Origin: Minisyncoccota bacterium
GTDB taxonomy: Bacteria > Patescibacteriota > Minisyncoccia > Phycocordibacterales > GWA1-40-21
DNA length: 64,000 nucleotides
Reading direction: 5' to 3'
Assembly: GCA_041674925.1 (NCBI GenBank)
Contig: JBAYUW010000002.1
Location: 13,622-77,621, forward strand
Numbering within the stretch: the first letter of the stretch is position 1; the number at the start of each line of letters is the position of its first letter. Positions 54,085 through 61,302 of the stretch are shown piece by piece. The notes beneath the pieces were generated by a model that was given only the letters and a program-made list of their open reading frames with translations, was not told the DNA's origin and ran no database searches. The translations under genes and the position numbers were made by a program.

Positions 54085-54112
54085 ATATTACAGATTAGTT
54101 TTAATTAGTCAA
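54085..54112 (-). promoter_or_regulatory. Promoter TTGACT-N16-TAATAT of cassette C
   Basis: -35 at 54107-54112 and -10 at 54085-54090 (minus-strand reading). Palindrome CTATC-tg-GATAG at the predicted start site. Confidence 0.5.
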
Positions 54113-54121
54113 ATAATAACA

Positions 54122-54805
54122 ATGATTTTTTTATTTCACGGAGACGATACAGCGAAGGCCCGAAAGGTTGCTCAAAAAAACATTGAAGCAGCCAAGAAGA
54201 AGCATCTCAAGGCTGAATTTTTTAAACTGAACAACGAAAACTTTTCGGAGAATCGACTCGACGAACTGATCGCCAGTCAGGGATTGTTTTATTCCGGTTC
54301 TATAATCTTTGCCGACAATCTTTTGGAAGAAGATGAGGTTTCTGAGATTGTAATCAAGAAGATGAAAGAAATTTCTACTTCCCCCAACCTCTTTATTTTC
54401 TTAGAAAAGAAATTAAACAAAAAAGAATTAGAAACTTTCAAAAAATATTCTCAAAAAATCGAAGAACTTAAAAAATTAGAAAAGAAACTAAACAAAAAAG
54501 AAGCCCTCGCTCTAAAAGGCGAAAAAATAGACTTTTTCGAATTTGCTAATGCTTTGGGTGATCGAAACAAAAAATTACTTTGGACTTTATATCAAGACGC
54601 CCTCGCGGAAAAGGTTCCCTCCGAAGAAGTGCATGGTATTTTTTTCTGGAAAGTAAAAAGCTTGCTTTCTTCTGGTTATACCAATCGTTATGATAAAAAG
54701 ACTCTGAAAGAAATGTCCACCAAACTTTTCAATATGTATCATCTAGCCCACCGTGGCGAAATCGATTTCCCGACAGCTTTAGAGAGATTTATTTTGGAAA
54801 TCTGA
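54122..54805 (+). CDS. Hypothetical protein, possibly a short DNA polymerase III delta (HolA)-like subunit
   Basis: 227 aa. N-terminus MIFLFHGDDTAKA recalls the holA start (..L.YGED.). Contains an internal in-frame 27-nt duplication. Confidence 0.35.
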   Translation: MIFLFHGDDTAKARKVAQKNIEAAKKKHLKAEFFKLNNENFSENRLDELIASQGLFYSGSIIFADNLLEEDEVSEIVIKKMKEISTSPNLFIFLEKKLNKKELETFKKYSQKIEELKKLEKKLNKKEALALKGEKIDFFEFANALGDRNKKLLWTLYQDALAEKVPSEEVHGIFFWKVKSLLSSGYTNRYDKKTLKEMSTKLFNMYHLAHRGEIDFPTALERFILEI

Positions 54806-54819
54806 TATAATCAAAAGGT

Positions 54820-55242
54820 ATGACTTACATTAAAAAATACAGTTTATATTTGATTTTTACTATCGCACTTGTTGGAACCCTGGTGAGCATTTATTTTAGC
54901 GACATTTTAGGCTGGGCGCCGTGCGTCTTGTGCTGGTACCAAAGGATATTTTTGTATCCAATTGTGATCATAAGCCTCGTTGGTATTTTACGTAAAGATC
55001 CACAGGTTCATGCTTATATTGTTCCCATGGCTATTATTGGAGCCTTAATTTCACTTTTCCATAATTTTCTTTATTGGGGGATAGTGCCAGAGAGTGCCGC
55101 ACCTTGTCAGGCTGGAGTTTCTTGCACCGCTGAATATTTGAAACTTTATGGCTTTGTGACCATCCCTCTTTTGTGTTTAGTAGCATTTGTACTGATTATT
55201 ATTCTTGCCTTTTTAAATAAAAAAAATTATGAAAATCAATAG
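54820..55242 (+). CDS. Disulfide bond formation protein DsbB/BdbC family
   Basis: 140 aa. 4 TM, CVLCWYQRIFLYP and a second Cys pair CQAGVSC. TGaTATAAT-N8-ATG. Confidence 0.8.
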   Translation: MTYIKKYSLYLIFTIALVGTLVSIYFSDILGWAPCVLCWYQRIFLYPIVIISLVGILRKDPQVHAYIVPMAIIGALISLFHNFLYWGIVPESAAPCQAGVSCTAEYLKLYGFVTIPLLCLVAFVLIIILAFLNKKNYENQ

Positions 55243-55870
55243 TGAACTAAAAATGATTATCGGAATTGTGATGGTCTGTGCTGTCTTACTCGGCGCGTTT
55301 ATCTGGTTTGCACCGAAAGGTGGAAACGGTGTGACGGCTGACTTGAATTTATTGGTTCGAGAAAATAGTGAGATGACTGGAAAATTTGGCGCGAAGGTAA
55401 CTCTGGTTGAGTTTGCTGATTTTGAATGTCCAGCTTGCGCCACGGTTTCTCCGTATGTAAAAAAAGTAGCTGATCTTTACAAAGATAATCCAGATTTTAA
55501 TTTTGTTTATCGTCACTTTCCACTTTCTCAGCATGCTAACGCTGTAATTTCTGCGGAAGCGTCTGAGGCCGCCGGTGCTCAAGGAAAATTCTGGGAAATG
55601 GCCGAAATGCTCTACAAAAATCAGGCCGAATGGTCTGCTGTCTCAAATCCAACAGAAATTTTTGTTGGCTATGCCAAGATCCTGAATCTTGATACGACAA
55701 AGTTTAAATCTGATCTTGATCAGCATCTATTTCTCTCCAAAGTTCAAGCCGATCTGAAAGATGCTGTATCTTTAAATCTGAGACAAACCCCATCGCTATT
55801 TTTGAATGGCGTCGAGGTGACAGATATAGGTTCACTTCAATCACAAATTGATATTGAATTAGTCAAGTAG
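55229..55870 (+). CDS. DsbA-like thioredoxin-fold thiol:disulfide oxidoreductase
   Basis: 213 aa. N-terminal TM, active site FECPAC. Overlaps the dsbB-like gene by 14 nt. Confidence 0.8.
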   Translation: MKINSELKMIIGIVMVCAVLLGAFIWFAPKGGNGVTADLNLLVRENSEMTGKFGAKVTLVEFADFECPACATVSPYVKKVADLYKDNPDFNFVYRHFPLSQHANAVISAEASEAAGAQGKFWEMAEMLYKNQAEWSAVSNPTEIFVGYAKILNLDTTKFKSDLDQHLFLSKVQADLKDAVSLNLRQTPSLFLNGVEVTDIGSLQSQIDIELVK

Positions 55871-55916
55871 TTTCATTGGACATTTTGGTTTTTTCTTGTT
55901 ATATTCTTTGGCATAT

Positions 55917-55989
55917 CCGCCCGTAGCTCAGTCGGTAGAGCAGCTCCCTTTTAAGGAGACGGTCGTAGGTTCGATTCCTACCGGGCGGA
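55917..55989 (+). tRNA. tRNA-Lys (anticodon UUU), no encoded CCA
   Basis: Acceptor CCGCCCG/CGGGCGG, D-arm GCTCAGTCGGTAGAGC, anticodon loop CTTTTAA, T-arm GTAGG-TTCGATT-CCTAC. Confidence 0.9.
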
Positions 55990-56020
55990 CATTAAGTAAA
56001 TTATTCGTGACGACAATCGC

Positions 56021-56048
56021 TAGACAACCGGAGAATAAAGCATATAAT
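56021..56048 (+). promoter_or_regulatory. Promoter TAGACA-N16-TATAAT of cassette D
   Basis: -35 at 56021-56026 and -10 at 56043-56048, about 30 nt after the tRNA-Lys 3' end. Confidence 0.45.
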
Positions 56049-56116
56049 CTACCCTGGAGTAATTTGTTCCTTATCGTTACGAAACCGTCAGAACTAGAAC
56101 AGAAGAGGAGAAGAGC

Positions 56117-56548
56117 ATGAAGGTGATTGCACCTGCGGCAACATCCAAGATAGTCTTTGGACATATCACGCTTTCGCCGCCGGTAATCTCGGAAGCGGAA
56201 TATGGGGGGCTGATCAAAGACACCCGTATGCACTCGCGTGAAATTGAGAAGGAGTCCGGTCGTCGTTTGGTGTGTGATGTCGCCATGGGCTTGGAAAACC
56301 TGTTTCAAGCGATGCGTGATACGCCGCCAGAGATTAGCAAGATCGGAGTGGTATTCGTCTCGCGTCGGCTGGAAGATCAAGCCGTTGCGACTGTCAAATA
56401 CCTCGAAGACCTGCACCGGGAGGGATTGGTTTTTTTGTGTGATTTTGAACACAACAAGGAAGCCCTTGTGAGGGGAGGGAAAGGATTTTACCTCGCCCAT
56501 CACAGACATTTGCGACGTGGTGCCATTGTGAGCATGTTGGTGAGTTGA
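56117..56548 (+). CDS. 143-aa hypothetical protein in a GC-enriched segment next to tRNA-Lys (cassette D)
   Basis: GAGGAG 6 nt upstream of the ATG. MKVIAPAATSKIVFGHITLSPPVISEAEYGG... No motif recognised. Followed by a strong terminator. Confidence 0.5.
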   Translation: MKVIAPAATSKIVFGHITLSPPVISEAEYGGLIKDTRMHSREIEKESGRRLVCDVAMGLENLFQAMRDTPPEISKIGVVFVSRRLEDQAVATVKYLEDLHREGLVFLCDFEHNKEALVRGGKGFYLAHHRHLRRGAIVSMLVS

Positions 56549-56574
56549 GACGAGGGGGTGACGAACGGTAGACG

Positions 56575-56605
56575 GACTGCTGGCGGGTGCTGGCAGTCTT
56601 TTTTT
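56575..56605 (+). terminator. Rho-independent terminator of cassette D
   Basis: GACTGCTGGC-gggt-GCTGGCAGTC (10 bp including two G-U pairs) then TTTTTTT. Confidence 0.7.
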
Positions 56606-56623
56606 ATTTAAATTTTAAAATTA

Positions 56624-57040
56624 TTAAAGTAGTGGAATATCAACCGCAAACAAACCTGCGCCAGTGAGTAATAGTGAAAGACAAATTGTAGTCAACAAAA
56701 GATAAAAAACAAAATCTCTCTTCAAGATTGATTCTTCTTTGTATTCGATAAAAAGCTCGCATAAAGCAATTATGGCCAAGACCAGAGCGGTGATTTGAGT
56801 ATAGGCTCCAACGATAAGCAGGAGACCTCCAACTATTTCAATAATTCCTAACAGGCTGGCGAAAAAACTCGCTGGATGAATATTTAAAATATTGAGGGCG
56901 CTGATCCAGCCTGGGCGTTCTTTGCTTAATTTTAATAAACCGAGGTTTAGAAAGATGAAACCTAAAACTACCCTTAAAATGAAAGGGGAAATCAGGCTAA
57001 AGGCAAATAATTCCGGGAAAAGATTAAAGGTCTCTGGCAT
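56624..57040 (-). CDS. DoxX-like small membrane protein
   Basis: 138 aa from the ATG at 57040 (MPETFNLFPELFAF...). 4 hydrophobic helices. The longer track ORF would overlap the trmH-like gene and its promoter. Confidence 0.55.
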   Translation of the reverse strand: MPETFNLFPELFAFSLISPFILRVVLGFIFLNLGLLKLSKERPGWISALNILNIHPASFFASLLGIIEIVGGLLLIVGAYTQITALVLAIIALCELFIEYKEESILKRDFVFYLLLTTICLSLLLTGAGLFAVDIPLL

Positions 57041-57113
57041 GAAAATATTATAACATAAAATTTGCCCTAGAACTCCCTTGCCAATATTTTTACAAGGTTT
57101 AGAATGTAACCCC

Positions 57114-57599
57114 ATGTTTAAAAAGAAAGAAACAATTGTCGTCCTAGATAATATCCGAAGCACCTTTAATGTCGGCTCGATTTTCCGCACGGCTGATTGT
57201 TTGGATGTTAGTAAAATAATTTTATGTGGCGTGACACCAACACCCCGCGATCGGTTTGGAAGACTTCGAGACGACATCAGCAAAGTCGCTTTAGGCGCCG
57301 AAAAAAATCTTGATTGGGAATATTTTCCTAAAATTTTTTGGACAATTAAACAATTAAAAAAAGAAGGTTATAAAATTATTGCGATTGAACAATCGGAGAA
57401 ATCAGTCGATTATAAAAAAATAAATTTAAAAAAAGAAAAGAAAGTTGTCTTTATTATCGGCAATGAAGTGAATGGCATCTCCAAACCAGTTTTGAAGCTA
57501 GCCGACAAAATCGCCGAAATCCCTATGCTTGGTAACAAAGAATCATTGAATGTTTCAGTCGCTTTTGGTGTGGCGATGTTTCGGCTGCTGGAGGTTTAA
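57114..57599 (+). CDS. SpoU/TrmH-family RNA 2'-O-methyltransferase
   Basis: LDNIRSTFNVGSIFRTAD, IGNEVNGIS, IPMLGNKESLNVSVAFGVAMF. ATG at 57114 preceded by TAGAAT-N8 (track start TTG at 57078). Confidence 0.85.
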   Translation: MFKKKETIVVLDNIRSTFNVGSIFRTADCLDVSKIILCGVTPTPRDRFGRLRDDISKVALGAEKNLDWEYFPKIFWTIKQLKKEGYKIIAIEQSEKSVDYKKINLKKEKKVVFIIGNEVNGISKPVLKLADKIAEIPMLGNKESLNVSVAFGVAMFRLLEV

Positions 57600-58460
57600 T
57601 TATTTCTGACACTTAGGACAAAAGTGCGTGCCTCGGCCGGCGTGTTTTATTTTCTCAATTTGTGTTTTGCAGTTTTTACACACCTGATTAGCTCGTCCAT
57701 AAACATTCAAATGTTTCACGAAGTTTCCTTTTTCACCTGTACTTCGGCGATAATTTCGAGAGGAAGTACCTTTATGTTTGATTGATAAGTTTAAAACATC
57801 GATAATCTTTTGATGTAGTTTTTTACTTTCCGAATTAGTAATCTTTCCAGCTTTTCTATTTGGCAAAATTCCAGCCAGGAAACAAGCTTCATCGGCATAA
57901 ATATTACCAATCCCGGCAATCAAAGTCTGATCTAAAAGAATTTGTTTCACCGTACGCTTGGGATATTTAGAGAAAAGATTTTCTAGATAATTTTGCGTGA
58001 AATCTTTTTCTAAAGGCTCTGGACCGTAATGCTCAATACTCGAAATTAATTCATCTTTGTTTAGTAATCTCGCCCAGCCGAATTTTCTTAAATCATTGAA
58101 ATACAAAACATCGCCGTTTTGAAAATGAAAAATTAAGCGGGTGTGTCGCCCCGGTGTCTGAACATCGTTGGTTGGATGACCACCAGAAATTAGATTTCCT
58201 ATTTTAGGTACAAAAATTAGTTGCCCGGTCATTTTTAAATGAAAAGCCACATGCTGATCTTCACCCAATTCCAAAATCAACATTTTAGCTCGTCGAGACA
58301 GACCAGAAATTTTCTGATTCGCCAATCTCTCTTGAAAGGTAAGAGGGGATAACGGCTTAATCGTTTTTGGCCACAAGACTTGGACTTTCGCGATCCTTTG
58401 ACCGGACAGCGATTTTTGTAGCTCTCTTTTAAGGGTTTCTACCTCTGGTAATTCAGGCAT
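57600..58460 (-). CDS. mutM: Formamidopyrimidine-DNA glycosylase
   Basis: 286 aa. MPELPEVE, H2TH region, C-terminal zinc finger CKNC...CPKC. Confidence 0.9.
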   Translation of the reverse strand: MPELPEVETLKRELQKSLSGQRIAKVQVLWPKTIKPLSPLTFQERLANQKISGLSRRAKMLILELGEDQHVAFHLKMTGQLIFVPKIGNLISGGHPTNDVQTPGRHTRLIFHFQNGDVLYFNDLRKFGWARLLNKDELISSIEHYGPEPLEKDFTQNYLENLFSKYPKRTVKQILLDQTLIAGIGNIYADEACFLAGILPNRKAGKITNSESKKLHQKIIDVLNLSIKHKGTSSRNYRRSTGEKGNFVKHLNVYGRANQVCKNCKTQIEKIKHAGRGTHFCPKCQK

Positions 58461-59734
58461 TATTTTATCTTAGCAATCTCTTCCTCGGCCACTCGGGCAT
58501 CACTCCAAGGCTCTTTTTGGCCATTGGCGCGCATGATATATGGATCAGTGCCTTTTCCCGTGATCAAAACGACCACGTTTTGATCAGCCTGAGCGAGCTT
58601 GGCGAGTCGAATGGCTTCCGAGATAGCCACCCGGCGATCAATAATCAGTTTTGGTTTTTTGTTTTTTATCTCCCCCGCCATTTGCTCGGCAATTTCCAGT
58701 GGATCATCATCATAAGGATCTTCGTCAGTGACAATAATTTCATCGCAATAATTATCGGCAATGGCAGACATTTCTTTTCTTTTCCATTTATCGCGTCCAC
58801 CTCCACAGTTTCCCAGAACACAAATTTTCTTTTTGTTGGGGAAAGTTTCATAAATAGCTTTCAAAGAATCTGGGGTGTGAGCATAATCAACAATTACCTC
58901 AATCCCTAAATTATTAGGAATTTTTTGCGCCCGGCCTTTTATTTCCGTCACTTTTTCTAAACCCGCCTTAATCGTTTCCAAGCTAATGCCAAGGGCTCGA
59001 GCATAAGATGTTGCCGCCAGCATATTATAAACATTAAATTTTCCCAGCAGTTTTGATTCTATTTCCATTTCTTCGCAGACAAATTTTACTCCATCATCAT
59101 GACAGACAATTGGCTCACCATCTTTGAGGGAGTAGGGGGCTTTTTTCTCGACATTAATATTCAAAAATTTATGTCCCTCTTTATCATCAATATTAGCCAC
59201 AATAATTTTCCCCTTCTTGGGCGAACTTTCCAAAGCCTTGGCAATTTTTAATTTAGCCTCGAGATACTTTTCGAAAGAACCGTGTGATTCGATATGCTCC
59301 GGGGCTATGTTTGTAAAAATTAAGGCATCCAGATCAATAAATTTGTGGCGATATTGTTTGGCCGCTTCCGAAGAAATCTCAACCACCGCATAATCGCAAT
59401 GAGCATCCACGGCCTGTCGTAGAAATTTCTGTGTGAAAAATCGTCCTGGCATGGTCATTTTCAACATATTTGGCTTGGAAATGTCACGAATTTTGAAACG
59501 CAAGGTGCTCGCTAATGCGGTAATGAAACCGGCTTCTTCCAAAATTGCATTCACAAATTCCACGGTCGAAGTTTTGCCTTTAGTGCCAGTCACCGCCACC
59601 ACTTTTATTTTTCGAGAAGGGAAGCGGTAAATAATTGCCCCAAGCAAAGCTAATAGGTAATGATAAACCGGCTGAAAAAAAGTAAAAACTTTCTTGGGTA
59701 TAAACTTTTTAATTGGTCTTAATATTTTGTCCAT
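58460..59734 (-). CDS. Mur ligase family protein (MurE-like, lacking the usual N-terminal domain)
   Basis: 424 aa. VTGTKGKTST P-loop, DYAHTPDSL. Hydrophobic N-terminal segment. Confidence 0.75.
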   Translation of the reverse strand: MDKILRPIKKFIPKKVFTFFQPVYHYLLALLGAIIYRFPSRKIKVVAVTGTKGKTSTVEFVNAILEEAGFITALASTLRFKIRDISKPNMLKMTMPGRFFTQKFLRQAVDAHCDYAVVEISSEAAKQYRHKFIDLDALIFTNIAPEHIESHGSFEKYLEAKLKIAKALESSPKKGKIIVANIDDKEGHKFLNINVEKKAPYSLKDGEPIVCHDDGVKFVCEEMEIESKLLGKFNVYNMLAATSYARALGISLETIKAGLEKVTEIKGRAQKIPNNLGIEVIVDYAHTPDSLKAIYETFPNKKKICVLGNCGGGRDKWKRKEMSAIADNYCDEIIVTDEDPYDDDPLEIAEQMAGEIKNKKPKLIIDRRVAISEAIRLAKLAQADQNVVVLITGKGTDPYIMRANGQKEPWSDARVAEEEIAKIK

Positions 59735-59737
59735 TTT

Positions 59738-60304
59738 TTATTTACCTAAATGTTTTAAAGCCGCTTTCACTTTTGCCCCAGTCTCTTTTATATTGGAATC
59801 AATATCTTTGAGTGCCTCACGAGCTTCTTTGTGGGAATAACCAAGCGATTTCAAAGCTTCCAGCGCATCAACTTCTTCTTTAATACTGTGTGCGGTTTCT
59901 TCTTCTGATGATAACTTGCCTTTTAATTCCAAAACTAATTTATCAGCCATTTTTTTACCGAGACCAGAAACTTTGGTCAGATGCGCTGTCTCGCCGGTGG
60001 AAATGGCTTTTTTCAGAGAGCTAATCGTCGCGACATTCAGTATCCCCATCGCGGTTTTGGGTCCGATACCCGAAACGGTGATGAGTAGTTCAAATAAATT
60101 CAATTCTTCGGCGGTTTTGAAGCCATAAAGATCGAGGGCATTTTCTCGGACGGCTAAATATGTCCACACACTTATTTCTTCTTTTTCTTTGACTGAGGAA
60201 ATTAGCTCGGTGGTCGCAAAAACCTTGTAGCCCAAACCGCTAGCCTCAATAATTAGAAACTTGTCTCGGCAACTCATGACCGACCCTTTTATATGTGAAA
60301 TCAT
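59738..60304 (-). CDS. ruvA: Holliday junction DNA-binding protein RuvA
   Basis: 188 aa. MISHIKGSV, two HhH motifs (VSGIGPKTA, VSGLGKKMA). Confidence 0.9.
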   Translation of the reverse strand: MISHIKGSVMSCRDKFLIIEASGLGYKVFATTELISSVKEKEEISVWTYLAVRENALDLYGFKTAEELNLFELLITVSGIGPKTAMGILNVATISSLKKAISTGETAHLTKVSGLGKKMADKLVLELKGKLSSEEETAHSIKEEVDALEALKSLGYSHKEAREALKDIDSNIKETGAKVKAALKHLGK

Positions 60305-60382
60305 CGTTTAATTATACATAAATTTGCATTTTATAAAAGTTTGTGGTAAGTTAGGCAGACAAGTTAAGTATTAAACAAATCA

Positions 60383-60649
60383 ATGCCAATCACTTCATCA
60401 GCCAAAAAAGCACTCCGCGCCTCAAAAAATAAGGCTCTTTATAATGCGCGCCGAAAGGACGCGGTTTCTAGTGTTGTCAAAAAGATCAAAAAGCTTGTTT
60501 CTGACAAGAAAGTAAAAGAAGCTGAGGCCTTACTCGCTACTGCTTATCAAGCAATCGACAAAGCTTATAAAACCAAACTAATTCACAAAAACACCGCCGC
60601 CCGCAAGAAATCTCGTTTAGCTAAGCTATTAGCAAAAGCCGCCAAATAG
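60383..60649 (+). CDS. rpsT: 30S ribosomal protein S20
   Basis: 88 aa. MPITSSAKKALRAS.K....N....; basic helical protein. Confidence 0.9.
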   Translation: MPITSSAKKALRASKNKALYNARRKDAVSSVVKKIKKLVSDKKVKEAEALLATAYQAIDKAYKTKLIHKNTAARKKSRLAKLLAKAAK

Positions 60650-60659
60650 GCGGTTTTTT
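60639..60659 (+). terminator. Rho-independent terminator of rpsT (overlaps its stop)
   Basis: CCGCC-aaata-GGCGG then TTTTTT. Confidence 0.6.
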
Positions 60660-60664
60660 GTTTG

Positions 60665-60736
60665 TGCCCCCACCAGGAATCGAACCTGGATTTCTTCCTT
60701 CGCAGGGAAGTGTCCTATCCATTGAACGACGAGAGC
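60665..60736 (-). tRNA. tRNA-Arg (anticodon GCG), no encoded CCA
   Basis: Acceptor GCTCTCG/TGGGGGC (three G-U pairs), anticodon loop CTGCGAA, T-arm CCAGG-TTCGATT-CCTGG. Confidence 0.8.
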
Positions 60737-60774
60737 AGTGACGAGCGCGTCAAGAAGACTTTAGCATAAGTCGC

Positions 60775-61236
60775 CTAAAATCCCAAGTACTCCATGATTT
60801 TATGAGCGGCGGGTTCTTGGAGTTCTTTTTCTTCGAGAAACTCTGCCAAGACATTAGCCACCTCATCGACGCTTTCTTCGTGAATCGGAATGATGATATA
60901 AGGCAGTAAATTTTTCTTAGACTTTAAAATTATTTTTGGTTCACCTTGGCGAGTTTCAATCCAAAAAGATTCGATGGTCAAATAAGGGTGCAAATCTTTA
61001 CCGACGATAACTCCACGTTGATTGATTTCATAATCCACCATTGATGGCTCGCGGAAAGTGTAGAAAACCAAAATTCCAGCCGATAGTAAAATCAAAATTC
61101 CAAACAAAGCATTGTTGTAGATAAAAGCTAAAACCGCAATACAAACGGTGATAATCCCAACTGCCCAAAACCAATCAGTACTTCTTTCATAATGATTGTA
61201 TTCCGGCGCTTGCCAAGTGAGCGACATTTTTTCCAT
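60775..61236 (-). CDS. Hypothetical two-TM membrane protein
   Basis: 153 aa from the ATG at 61236 (MEKMSLTWQAPEY...), preceded by TGcTATAAT-N9. The track start at 61257 is TTG. Confidence 0.65.
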   Translation of the reverse strand: MEKMSLTWQAPEYNHYERSTDWFWAVGIITVCIAVLAFIYNNALFGILILLSAGILVFYTFREPSMVDYEINQRGVIVGKDLHPYLTIESFWIETRQGEPKIILKSKKNLLPYIIIPIHEESVDEVANVLAEFLEEKELQEPAAHKIMEYLGF

Positions 61237-61302
61237 ACTGAGATTATTATAGCACAAATTTTGGTAGCAAGAAGTGTCTTAATAAGGTAAAATTACTTTT
61301 AT

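Noticed and set aside
53594-54108. Track ORFs 53594-53866 (-), 53823-54083 (+) and 53872-54108 (+)
   Set aside because: The first overlaps the polA 3' end and the terminator. The plus-strand ones are antisense to the two SD-preceded small ORFs and have no signals.
55896-56120. 74-aa ORF on the plus strand
   Set aside because: It overlaps tRNA-Lys (55917-55989) and reads the tRNA as protein.
55928-56509. 193-aa minus-strand ORF antisense to cassette D
   Set aside because: Its C-terminal codons (its 3' end) would overlap tRNA-Lys, and it has no RBS or promoter. The plus-strand 143-aa ORF has a promoter, SD, ATG and terminator. A long antisense ORF is expected in GC-enriched coding DNA. Some uncertainty remains.
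56100-56600. RNase P RNA or tmRNA hidden in the GC-rich segment (GAGAAGGAGTCCGG resembles the GAGGAAAGUCCGG core)
   Set aside because: Other universally conserved RNase P elements (GGUAAGAGC, ACAGAA...GGCUUA) and the tmRNA ends (GGGG... 5' end, T-arm plus CCA 3' end) are absent on both strands. An uninterrupted 143-codon ORF with an SD fits better.
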